DNA from: Phoronis australis
Taxonomy: Eukaryota > Animalia > Phoronida
Direction: 5' to 3'
Assembly: GCA_002633005.1 (NCBI GenBank)
Contig: NMRA01000467.1
Span: 73,024 to 136,826 of the forward strand
DNA length: 63,803 bases
The notes under the pieces: generated by a model
What the model saw: the letters and a program-made list of their open reading frames with translations, nothing else
Told to the model about the DNA's origin: nothing
Databases searched by the model: none
In this document: piece by piece, positions 1-11,327 of the stretch
Position numbering within the stretch: position 1 is the first letter of the stretch
How the letters are laid out: the number at the start of each line of letters is the position of its first letter
Program-made: the position numbers and the translations under genes

Positions 1-578
1 CTGGCTGACTGGATGGCTAGAGTCCACATTGCCCTCGGCACAGTCACTGACACCAGTTACACCGGCAAATTTTCGTCTGACGATGACGATGACTAGGTAT
101 CACTTTGTGTTGCCTCGGCTCAAACAGGTATCCCTTGTGACCCGAAATTTCACACTAAAATTTCTTATTCCGACAATACAAAAAACGCTACTTGATTGCA
201 CGCTAACACAGGACAGTGACTTTGCCCCCGCCAAATACGTCACGAGACTAAGCAGCGCTCCAAGCCGGTAATTTTTTGAGCTTCGTTAGAGAACATAAGT
301 TTAATTTTTGGTATTGAATTATTTGTGAAATTAATCAACAATTCATAGAAAACTATCCAGAATTTATTCAGAATAAAATACAGTTCCCTTTTAAGTCATC
401 ACAGGTTTGAAAGCTCATGTCTTGTTTATTTCATTCATCGCCACAAATAAAGGGTTTCATCTTTAAACGACATTCTTGAAAAACTTGTGGCAAAAGTTGA
501 TAAGTTGTTAATTTTGCTTCTCACTTTCAAGCATACGTGGCTGCATAATTTGATTCACCACTGACCTGCTTTTTTCAG

Positions 579-630
579 AATTGTACATAGACGAAAAGAA
601 AACATGCTATCAACAATTAGGTTATAAAAG
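579..630 (+). CDS. PRXL2B: PRXL2B/FAM213B (prostamide/prostaglandin F synthase, SelU family) internal exon (E)LYIDEKKTCYQQLGYK(R); upstream exons lie outside the window
   Basis: tttttcag acceptor and gtaag donor; translation resembles recalled human PRXL2B ELYLDESKQLYKELGFKR; phases chain with the next three exons. Confidence 0.85.
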
Positions 631-1071
631 GTAAGTTTTCCTCTTGAATAGCATTTTTTGCCTGAGAATCACGTGGGGTATGTAAGGTTTGCGATTAGGC
701 TTCTATCGTAGTTATAGTTTCCTGGGCAATAGTCACATTGTCCCAGATTTTGAGAACCAGTTAGATGCCTGTTATTCAGCGGAAGAAACAGGTTCTCTAA
801 ACGCTCGACTCCTGTGACTGTCACTTTCTGAGACTATAATCAGAGTGGATTAAGAGTGAGATGTCTCTCCAAACTCAGTCTGTGTTAAAATATGACCTGT
901 TTAATACAGTAAACTGCAGCTACTCAACAAAATTTGGTTTATTTCATCTGATGCTGAAAAAGTGAGGTATTTTAATGTTAACTAAGATTTTTCTGAACAA
1001 TCAAATGACAATCACAAGGTTCCTTTACTGAACTGTAATTTTTCAATTGTTCCTCACCTGTTTTACTTCAG

Positions 1072-1135
1072 ATTAGGATTTTTTGGAACAATTGGAGCGA
1101 TTTTTGGCAAGAAGTCAAGAGAAGCAAATACAAAG
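1072..1135 (+). CDS. PRXL2B: PRXL2B exon (R)LGFFGTIGAIFGKKSREANTK
   Basis: ttttacttcag acceptor, gtgag donor; phase 2 in, phase 0 out, consistent with neighbours. Confidence 0.85.
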
Positions 1136-1210
1136 GTGAGGTTCTAGAACGTTCTGTTTTTTGGCTAATTTTAAAGCAGTGGAAGAACTATTTTAATTGC
1201 AAGGTGTTTT

Positions 1211-1369
1211 ATTGATATTTTATGAAGTGTACTAGTTGTTACATATTATATTGATATTTTATGAAGTGTACTAGTTGTTACATATTATATTGATATTTTA
1301 TGAAGTGTACTAGTTGTTACATATTATATTGATATTTTATGAAGTGTACTAGTTGTTGCATATTATATT
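1211..1369. repeat. Minisatellite, 39-bp unit x4
   Basis: attgatattttatgaagtgtactagttgttacatattat repeated at 1211, 1250, 1289, 1328. Confidence 0.95.
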
Positions 1370-3753
1370 CAAATTGGGAAAATTTGTTGATGGACTCTTG
1401 CTTACTACCCTCATGCTTCCAAAATAATATGAATCCAGGGTCGAGGCTCTGCAAACAGAACTCTGCAGGCCATAACTGTGAATTCAATGACAGAGCTATG
1501 TACTAGAAACCAAGCAAGGCCAGCGATCAGAAACTGCGCCCAAAGCTTCCGTGTCTCACACCCATGCTATAGTTTGGTTTCTGTGTTGTTTTTTAACCCT
1601 GACAGCCTTCCTTATTCATTACTCTAACTTAGTATCACCCCTTGTTAACTGAAATGTCTTCATTGAATGAAGTGTTTTCATTTAGCCATCAGACATTTTG
1701 AAAGGTTAAAAGCTGGTTCAATCCCACATTCCATCAATACTTTTGACAAGTTAGACCATTTACCACAATTCGTTCCTTATTCAGATGGTTTCTGTACTTG
1801 ATAAGAAGTGACAGTTGACTATTGCCTGAGATCATGCTCAGCACATGAAATGACCAGCTATGACTAGTGATCATTTTATAAATATGTGATTACGTGTCAA
1901 TTGATCTACTAGGTGTCAAATCTATGCACCTATCGGCCATTTTTGTCAATTATTTTCCTTTTTCGAATCAATTTTTGATGGGTGGCATTTTAATGCATGT
2001 GAGTATGTCTGTTTCAGTACTTAACGCAATTACTGAGTGGTTGAAACAGCTAACTCCATTTCAACAAATAAATCCACAGTTTGACAGTGTTTTCATATGT
2101 TAGACCCCATGTCACTAACATTGTTATTTTAATCAAATGTTCTGCACTCTTACTGTTTTAGTATCTGAATGCAATGCGTATTATTCAAGACAAAATCAGG
2201 GGTAATTTTGACAAATTTAGTGCACCCTATTGGCACCACTTAAATTTATCTGCCAATGACATAAGGTTCTAAAATTATTCGAGCATGACAAGCCAACATG
2301 CAGACATAGCTTCAAGCACTATTGAACTTCCAGTTCTATCCAAGCCCATGTGTCAACTCTGGCTGGAGTAAGGTGGATTTATAACAGTTCCTGCTTTAAC
2401 AAATAACTAGGCTCGCGCTAGACACTCCGCCAGCTCACCATTGGCGTATTCTGAGCTGCACTGACGATGGTAGAGCTATGTCCATTCGCCAACTTGGCGA
2501 ATGCTTTCGCAACTTGACAATAAAAATTTATTTCTGGAAATCCACTGGGCGTCGACTTACAGTCAGCTCAAATCAAGTCACACCACAAAGGACATTCTTA
2601 CTTCTATTTGGAGCCCTAAAAACACCAAGCGAATGTCCCATTTTATGTCTGTCACTCTCTCTAAAATCACTCTTTTACCACAACGAAATGTTCAACTGTG
2701 TAGGGGGGGGGGCTCTGTGCTCTTGGTAATGGCGATGTCTTGCTTCATAGCTAGATCTCATGCAGGTGCTGCTGCCTGTCATCTGCAAGTGACAATTATA
2801 GCAAAACGACGAATAGAAGATTATTTTGATGGCAAACGCGACCCAGTCTCTCAATAACTTTTTACACTGACAACATGGTGTGAGCCAGTCCAACAGTATT
2901 GAATTACTGAACTGAGTGGAGCTGACCCAAACGTGTGATATGAACTCAAAGTTTAAATTTATTATTTTCATATTAAATGAATTTCTCCTAATTCATTACT
3001 AACATTACCTATTTTTAGCGCATAATTTGTCGTGTCAAATTTTGTTTAGACTTGACACTGACAGGTTTTCTTTTCAAGGAGTAAAAAGCACGGACGACGC
3101 CTGGAAGAAGGAGTTTGTTATATATTTTTAAATCAAAATATGTCAGCTCGTTAAATGTCACTAATATAAAAAGTTATTGAGAGACTAGGACGTGTTTGCA
3201 TTTTGGCTGCGGCTGAAAGAAAGTAAATGTCATTTTGTTACTTAATGAGTTCTATGTTCAATACTTTGCACGATTTAGCTTTATTTTGCAAGTCACAAGA
3301 AGTTATAATAACGTTTTTGAACCTTAATATCTTGCTCATCAAAATGTGCTCGTGACTGGCAAAGCCTGTTGTAACCCGGGATTAGGGGGGGAATTCCTGC
3401 CAAAAAATTTTTAGCTTTTGCAGGTCTTGATAAAACCCATGATGGCTGACATCCCTTCCAACTTGTTATATGACCTTGGAATGTTGATCATTTGTTTTTT
3501 TTTTCTCAAGACAAACATTTTTTATACTATGTTCATGAAAAGGACCTGTGCATTAGATGAAAAATAAAAAGTTCGGTCTGTGTAGCAGTATTTTTATCCA
3601 TTGCAGGGGTTGGGAAAAGAGAAAGTATTTGGCTAATAGTTTATGAAAATGGCTAAAAGTTTTCAGATGCGTTAGCCATTTTGGCTAATACCTTTAAAAG
3701 TTTCGTGAGTCTAGAATAATGTGTGATGGTTGCTTCCAACCATTTTATGGCAG

Positions 3754-3829
3754 GCAAAAGCTGAACAGTTGGGTGGAGACATGAAAGGAGATGGGTTTCA
3801 AAATGGCGGGACTCTTATTGTGTCTGCTG
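3754..3829 (+). CDS. PRXL2B: PRXL2B exon AKAEQLGGDMKGDGFQNGGTLIVSA(G)
   Basis: cag acceptor, gtgagt donor; matches the family motif G-x-x-x-G-D-x-x-Q-x-G-G (human [26 protein letters not shown]). Confidence 0.9.
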
Positions 3830-4654
3830 GTGAGTATAAGAAAATCTGTTGTGTGATGCATATCTAATGAAATCTTATACAGCATCAATCTGATTTTGAG
3901 TGTTCAACAAATGTTAGGTAGGAATTGTTGAGGTCTTGATTGATAGAGTTCTGGGGCCCATTATAACAAAAGTTGCCTGCTCATTCTTGGCTAAACCATA
4001 GTAACTTTCATGTTGTTTATGAAGGTGATCAGAACAACATTTTGCTCTGATAGGAAATACAATCATGTATTTGCAATGATATAGGTACAACCACATGAAC
4101 GACAAATGAACACATGATCTTTGATAAATACAGAACCCTGTGTTCACAACAAATATAGCACTACTTGCAGATGTGTTGTTTTGTTTGACACCTAATGTCG
4201 GATTGCACAGTTTTTGCCTGTTATAAATATTTGGTAATGAGATTAAAGCATTACTGCGATCAAATAGTGTTGTTGTCAGACTTTTAGTTAGCTAATAATT
4301 ATCTGTAATTGCAGCACCTCCTGCTTAGTTTTGTTCAGGTATGCAACATTTTTAATCTTGATCATATTTTAGCCATTTCTTAACCTGGATTCTTGTTGTT
4401 CAGATATTTATCTGCACTTTCTTGCATCCAAACTGTCAAAGTTCAATGTTTTCCTGTTTATTTTGAAAACTACAGTAATTGCAATCATATTGGCGATCTG
4501 CAGTGACTTGGCAGAGTTGTGTATTCTTACATTGCTTTGCACTTAGAACTCAGTCTGTATAAAGTGATATTAAGCAAAACATCTTTTGTGCGATCTAAAA
4601 ATTTAAATTTTTGTCATATTGTTAGTCCTTGCTAAGAGTCAATATGGTTTTCAG

Positions 4655-4803
4655 GTGGAAAGGAAGTATTGTTGGAGTATGTACAAGAAAACGCTGCTGA
4701 CCATGTTGAACTCAGCGCAGTCATAAAGGCACTGGGGTTGGTGGAGACTACTCCTAAAACTGAACCTGAAGAGGGAGCTACTGGAGTGTGTTCTGATGAC
4801 TAG
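4655..4803 (+). CDS. PRXL2B: PRXL2B last coding exon (G)GKEVLLEYVQENAADHVELSAVIKALGLVETTPKTEPEEGATGVCSDD*
   Basis: ttttcag acceptor; resembles human GGDKVLLHFVQKSPGDYV..ILQVLGI; TAG at 4801-4803; possible donor GAG|gtactt 12 nt after the stop. Confidence 0.87.
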
Positions 4804-6148
4804 TACAGCATGGAGGTACTTAATTTTTACTGACGGAATGTTTAAAAGCACTCAGCTTGTTTACTGAACAAGACTTTTTGATTCGATGTTAATTGGCGAA
4901 TCCAGTACCAGCATGTTTTTTTGCATCATTGTCTATTGCAACACCCCTGATGTTACAGAAAACTTCAAGCATACCAGCTTGGCAAAAAAGTGGTCAGTTC
5001 TTAGGAAAATGACACACTGGAGAATTTTTTTTCTCAAATTTCTCAATGAAAATAACATTTAAGATTTTTTGTCTATGATTAGCATGGTTTGTTCTGTGTG
5101 TTTTATAAAAGAATATAACTTGCCTTTATTATGCACCCACATATTTATATGTGGGTGCATATTGCTGTCATCTCTGTTCGGGTATGCTGCATATGTAGCA
5201 GTATCTCCAAAACCCTTGCAATATCTCATTGGAATTTGACTAGTGTATTCCTGTGTGGCTTATGACAGATAGCGATGAGTTTTGGACCGACCTAGACACT
5301 GTTGTGCCCCATAGTGGGAAGTTTAGTTTTTTTACGTTTGTCTCTGTATCTTCGGAGTTCCACAACATTTTTTAATGAAATTCGGCAAGTAGGCTTTTAA
5401 TACGGAGGCGATGATGTCATCTCATTTTTGAACTTATTCAACTAATTTTACACCACCTTGTGGACATTTTTGTTATTTTTGCATCTGCCATGCTGCTCAA
5501 AGGATCATTGTACAAATTTACTGATGTGTTGCTGATAAGAAGGCAATTACTGACGTTGACTTTCTGACTGGTCTGACCTCTGTGTCACCCCTTGTGGTGA
5601 TTTTGTTTCTTGCATATGCGGACGAATCTCCTTGAAGAAGCTTTGTAAAATTTGAAAGATTTACAGTATTCCTATGGAGCCATCAACAAATTGTAATTAG
5701 AATGGAACTGATCCAGATACCACTGTGCCCCCTAGTGGTAAATTTTTTAAATATGTTTTTCTATGTATCTTTGGAATTTGGCAAATAGGTTTCTATAAAG
5801 ATGATAATGCATTCATATTCTTGGTGAGATATGTTGTTTTCTGCTCCACCTGGTGGCCAGTTTTGTTATTTTTGTGTCCCAGTTTTTGGTGACCACTTCC
5901 CTGTGTGCCATACTGCTTAAAGGATCATTATGAGAATTTACAGGATGTGTTCAAGTCCTGATGAGAAGACCATGACTGAAGTTCATTTTCGGACGTGTCT
6001 GACTTCTTTGTAGAGATTTTGTTTCTTTGTATTTGCAGCCAAATCTCTTTAACCCTTTGAAGGAGCTTCGTTAAATTTGAAAGATGTAATCCTATGGAAC
6101 GTCGACGAATAGTAACAGGTGTCAAACTGATCCAAATACCACTATGCC

Positions 6149-8330
6149 CAGGGCTCGACGTTATTAAAATCGCCAGGTCGCATTTTGCGACCTAGCCAAA
6201 ATCCCAGGTCGCATTTTCAAAATCCAGCTCGCATTCGTAAATGCCAGGTCGCAAAATTTTCCCGCCATTTTTACGCGCCAAAATAGATTTTTTAGATCAT
6301 CGAGAAATTGCTCTTACTTGCAGCGTTAAATACTCACAAATTTCGGATCTCAAAATTGACTTCATTCATGCAGGTACGGCCTTACTGTTCTTCACGACCG
6401 CCATTGAAAGACTCTAGAGCGCAAGGCAAGTTGCCGACGTGAAAGTTGAATCAGTGCTCTCTAACTGACTTGTGCATTCGAGTAGCTAAACTTGCGATGT
6501 GAAAAGGGAGAAAATGCCCCTTGAAAAAGTATCCGGGATATTTTTAGATCTGGCCTGCTACTGGTTGTCATCAAAGTCGTTAACGATTCAAACTAACTCG
6601 GGTAATGGCGAGTTTGCTCCGCAATACCTTCCAAGTACGGGAAAAATAGGTCAGTCACAAAACGACACGCATGTCACTAGTGTTAACTTTCTTTCCGAGG
6701 TATAAAACAAAGCCAGGATTTGGTTTTTACATATTGTGAAAAGACGTTTTTGAAAACTGAAGTTGTGTAAAATGAAAGTGACACACCATATAAGCTGCGT
6801 GACAATTTTAAATCACACGCGGTCGTTTGTAGTGCGCTATGATGGGCGCTAGCTTGAACTGTGGGCGCTTCATTGGAAATTCTCAAAAAATTTAAGGGGG
6901 GACTTTTAATAGATCAGTGAGCGCTTATTATGAAACACTTTAAAGGTAGGGAGTAAGCTTGTGCGTGACCATAGTCGTTAACCTCAGTGTTTGGGTAATA
7001 AGATATTAAAACGCTGCAATGGTATTAGAAACGTTATAAATAATACGATTTTGCGAGGCAAACTCCATCTCGTAGGGGTGACTTCTGGATATCGTTACCA
7101 CCTACATTGTACCCTTTTTAGCCACCCGGAATGATTTTGTTTTTAATTGCCCGCCTCAGCCGGAACAAGGTTGTTTCTATAGGAGTCTGAACATTTTACG
7201 GCGACGGTGGTTCGGGGAGCGAAAAGTTGCCGGGCTGGGGTGTATAAAGAGAAGAATGAAAAGTTCGCTAACTTGAACCACAATTTCGCATCTAGTGCCA
7301 GTTTAGTTGCAATAACTGGCTACGGGCATAGAATACAGGATTTACAGAACATCGACCTTGGGAAACATCGGAGCAGGAAAACGTCAGTTCTCGGGGTTAT
7401 ATCGGTCCCGGTACATCGGGTCTTTTATAACCGCTGGGAATCTGAGTTTATTTTCAAATAAACCAGAGCCAAGCCGGTATACTCTTCATTTAGGGCAGTC
7501 GCTGTTCTTTGAAGTAGTGCGCGCGCGTGAGTTCACGCACTTGAATCGCTGGAGTAGGCCTACACTTTACGTTGGCAACAAACGCGTGAAAGACAAATCA
7601 TATTTCGCGCACGTAGCCCCAGAAACAAGTAAGGGGTTTGAGAATTTCTTGGCATCTGAAAGTAAAGACGGGGCCGTCGTTTGGCGATTAATAAGGTTGT
7701 CATTTTCACTTTGGCTGCCTTAATGCGATAAAAATCAGAAGCACATCTCAGTCTAAGTCACGATTGTGTGCCGGGACCGCTTGCGCGCTAACGGTGCCGC
7801 AGTGCGGTATCAGGGATATTGTCGTGGATATTTGGTACATGTAATAAGGACATCTTATGTGAAAAATAAACATTTTTGTCCACCACAAAGTTTGGTAAGT
7901 TAATCGCTTAAGAATTAGTAGAAACACCGTTGTTTTGTGAAGTTTTATCACGTGTTAAGCAGTGGCCCGAAACTTTCTTCGGCGAATCCGGGAATTTACA
8001 AAAGTGGCCGAAAGTGTTAGCCAATCATACGCGTCGAATATCGATACTGCATATCCCATGTTCACGCGACTTGCATACAAGTCATCGGGAGGGCTGTCCC
8101 CGTTAGTGTTGTTTTGGACTTGGATTTGGCAGCGACCAAATAACGGTCGGATTAACAAGAGCTGCTTTGTATTTGCCAGGTATCTGTTGAGAAGTGTAAA
8201 AAATCAGCTCGCATTCGTTGGAAATTCCAGGTCGCATTTTGCGACTTGATACGAGCTGACAAAAATCTCAGCTCGCATTTCCAAATTTCAGGTCGCAAAT
8301 GCGACCTGCAGCTCGTTATGTCGAGCCCTG
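6149..8330. mobile_element. Non-autonomous hAT-like DNA transposon with 5-bp TSD, nested in the HINE-like element
   Basis: TIRs CAGGGCTCGAC / GTCGAGCCCTG; TSD ATGCC at 6144-6148 and 8331-8335; subterminal CAGGTCGCA/CAGCTCGCA repeats; splits the host motif ccactrtgcc|ccctag; no transposase ORF. Confidence 0.85.
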
Positions 8331-8442
8331 ATGCCCCCTAGGGGCAAAATGTTTTTTACTTTTGCCTCTGTGTCTTCAGATTTCATGAAATGCGGCAAAT
8401 TGGAGTCTGTTAAGGGGACAACAATGCTATCCCATTTTCTGA

Positions 8443-8606
8443 CAGATTTGATGTTTTCTGCACCACCTGGTGGCCAGATTTAATGTATTCTGCATCACCT
8501 GGTGGCCAGATTTGATGTTTTCTGCACCACCTGGTAGCCAGATTTGATGTTTTCTGCACCACCTGGTGGCCAGATTTGAATGTTTTCTACACCACCAGGT
8601 GGCCAG
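8443..8606. repeat. 32-bp tandem repeat x5 with a palindromic CCACCTGGTGG (CTCF-like) core
   Basis: cagatttgatgttttctgcaccacctggtggc at 8443, 8475, 8507, 8539, 8571. Confidence 0.9.
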
Positions 8607-9829
8607 TTTTGCATGTTTTCTCACGTCTACCTCTCTATCGGCCATGCCGCTTAAAGGATAATTGTGAGAATTTCTGGATGTGTTCCTGATGACTGAAGTT
8701 GACTTTCGGTCAGGTCACACTGCTGTGTTGCCTTCTAGTGGTGATTGTTTTTTTTTGTGTCTGAGGCCGAATCTCCTTAACCCTTTGGAGGAGGTTTGTG
8801 AAATTTGAAAAATTTTGCTTATGGAGCTGACGATAAATGGTAACAAATGTTAACTATTCCAATTACCAGTGTGCCCCCTAGTAGCAAAATGATTTTACCT
8901 GTACCTCTGTATCTTCGGAGTTAATCAATGTATTTTCATGAAAATTTCTATTAAGGAGACGATAACGCCTTCTCATTTTCAGACAGATTTGATGTTTTCT
9001 ACGTCACCTGGTCACTTAAAAGTTTTCATGTATGTTTTTGCCATCCGTCTCTATCTAACAAACCACTCAAAGGGTGGTTATGAAAATTGACAGTTGTGTT
9101 CCCGATGTGCAGACTCTGCCTGTTGTTGATTTTCGGATGTTTTCACTATTGTGACATCCCCTAGGGGCAATTTTACTTTTTGCATCCATGGCTGTAAGTC
9201 CTTAACGCTTTTTAGGATCTTTGCGAAATTTGGCAGATGGGCTTCTGTGAGATGGCTACAGATGACGATAAGTTTTAGTCCAATTTGTCTATAGCTNCCC
9301 CCCCCCCCCCCCTGTGTCAATTGTTTTTACGTTTGCCTCTATATCTGAGAAGTTTGTTGGCTTTTTTTCATGAAATTTGATAAATAGTTGCCTCTTAAAG
9401 AGTTGTTGATGCTACTTTCTAAATTTGGATGTTTTTGATGTATTATGCACCATCTGATGGCCATTTTTATGGTACTAAAAACACCCATGGAATCACACCG
9501 TTTGCGATGCTATCCTGGGTGTATTTCAACGCTTTGCGCCTTCCATAACTCTTGTTTGGAATAAGGTAATCATCCTCTGGAAAAAGAAAAATTACTGTTT
9601 TGACTGATTTTCAGCGAAATTATTAAATTACCTTGTCGTTGCCTTCATACATTATAGATATTAGTTTCCTTTCAATGTCATGATGACAAGAATATGTGAT
9701 CTGGTTTTCCAGTTATTTAGCAAGTGTTTTTCCTGATGTTTAAATATGCTGAGATTTAAACTTTATGGTTTATTAGCAAATTTGAAGGTCTGTGTCAATA
9801 ATATAACAAAAAATCGTCATCTGTTTTAG

Positions 9830-10045
9830 GTGTATTGAGATTCAATAATGGAAAAACAGAAATTTGGTGATAACTGCGAAAACAGGTTATCAGAAGACTA
9901 TATGATGCCGTTTTGTTAAACTCCAGATGGGAAAACAAGATGGCTGATGGACGCAAGTCTCTGCTGATGCTTTGTTCGAGTTTTGTTTTTGCCAGATTTG
10001 ATGTTTTACTACTGCCCATAATAAAATAAATATGTTATACTGAAG
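9830..10045 (+). other. Probable terminal 3'UTR exon of PRXL2B carrying the SECIS and poly(A) signals
   Basis: ctgttttag acceptor ending at 9829; SECIS at 9891-9963; overlapping AATAAA hexamers at 10020-10030. Confidence 0.6.
9891..9963 (+). promoter_or_regulatory. Eukaryotic SECIS element, type II
   Basis: A-UGAU (9902-9906) ... UGAU (9945-9948) core; 11-bp helix II GCCGUUUUGUU/AACAAGAUGGC; apical AAA (9918-9920); mini-stem UCC/GGA; helix I CAGAAGACU/AGUCUCUG. Confidence 0.85.
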
Positions 10046-10092
10046 ACAACTGCTGTACATGTATCAACTTAATAGCTTTTAACTTGGGTAAA

Positions 10093-11327
10093 CCATAAAT
10101 CCAAGAGGTTTGCGTATACACGTCCATTAGTTCTTATTTCCGCATGGTGAATTATACCGTTTTTGGGGTAAGACACAAAAACAAGCCATTTTGAAGTTCT
10201 TTTAAGTAAAGGAGAATGCCACCCGAATTAATTTGTTTATTTTACCATCTTAATCGTTCTATATCCATATCACTTCAAATATGGTCGATCTCAACTCACA
10301 GCTGTGGCGTTAACTTGGAATGAAAGTGAGTACACGACGCTGTGATGTCAGTGGTTCTTCACCTGAACGTGTGTTGCTATGGTGTGCCGCTTGTGCAAAC
10401 TATGAGACTGCAAGGAAAGCGGGTATATCAATTTGTCTGAGTCTGTCTCACTTTACACAATTTGTAATGACTGTAGAGTGTTCATGAGTGCAACTGCTTT
10501 AAGAAACCAATCATACTGCATTATTGGCTTCAGTTGCAACAAAAATAATTGATCAGACAGGCACCCGGGACCTTGCGAGCGCATGCTAATTCAGTGTTTG
10601 CAGACAGAACGCTGTTGTTAAACAGCAAGTCGATTTTCTATGCTGTGGTCACATATAGACGGTTATGTGGGGGGAACCTAATGAGTGACTGCTGCCCCGA
10701 CTAGAAATATTCACGTGCACATTATTTCTTTGGTTCACTAGTCTAGTGACCGGAAGTTTAGTTTTCAACTTTTGCAGCCGACTAACCTGGCTCGTTCATG
10801 TTCGTGATGTTTCCAGCCACTTGTAATGAGCGTTTTCTGTGTTTAGAACTGAAATTTGCAAGTCTAAAATCTCAACACACGGCTATGTTCTCCTGTCTGT
10901 ATTTCAGGGTAGAATAATTCTAATTCATCACCGAAAAGATCCTGAAACTTCCCGCGACCAACATTGGCGGGCAAGTTGGCTTATGGTACATTAAAATTGC
11001 TATAAATCCATAACAGTGAAATAAAAACTCTCGACGTATTTGTATGGGTTTTGGATCAAATTTTGATGAATTATTGAGGTAAAGCGATGAAGTTGAGTGA
11101 TAAGCTGGCCCCTGTTAGTTTTTGTAAACTGCTAAACTGTGGTAAATCCTGTGATGTCGTTGGTTAATTTCAGCACCTCCATCTGCCATCATGTAAAAGA
11201 AATGAACTTGCAGTTATCTGTGGGAACTACTTAATCTAAATTGATGCAAAATACAATGGCTTAACACCCACCTCAATGGTCTAGACATATCATGCCAAGT
11301 ATAAATTAAGCACCCTTGGATTTAAGG
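10093..11327. mobile_element. Degenerate TIR element (possibly piggyBac-like MITE) between the two convergent genes
   Basis: Imperfect inverted ends ccataaatccaagagg / cccttggatttaagg; TTAA-like flanks are degenerate. Confidence 0.35.

Larger units (their letters stand above)
5125..9557 (+). mobile_element. Helentron-associated (HINE/DINE-like) non-autonomous element with internally repeated modules, interrupted by a nested DNA transposon
   Basis: Perfect 15-bp hairpin tatgcacccacatat-tt-atatgtgggtgcata at 5130-5161; subTIR-like tgggtgtat at 9516-9524 and T-rich end; recurring degenerate modules; related copies at ~28290-29970 and ~31340-31497. Confidence 0.55.

Noticed and set aside
1-394. 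ORF 29-271 and a transposon-like right end (cagttcccttttaa)
   Set aside because: Lies in a PRXL2B intron, the ORF has no recognisable motifs, and the left end is outside the window
3079-3112. Possible extra PRXL2B exon (ttttcaag|GAGTAAAAAGC...GA|gtttg)
   Set aside because: In the required phase 0 it reads GAG TAA; flanking exons already join colinearly with homologues; a poison exon cannot be supported without RNA data
6499-8249. Short ORFs inside the hAT-like element as a transposase or captured gene
   Set aside because: No BED finger, DDE or dimerisation motifs, and no coherent exon chain
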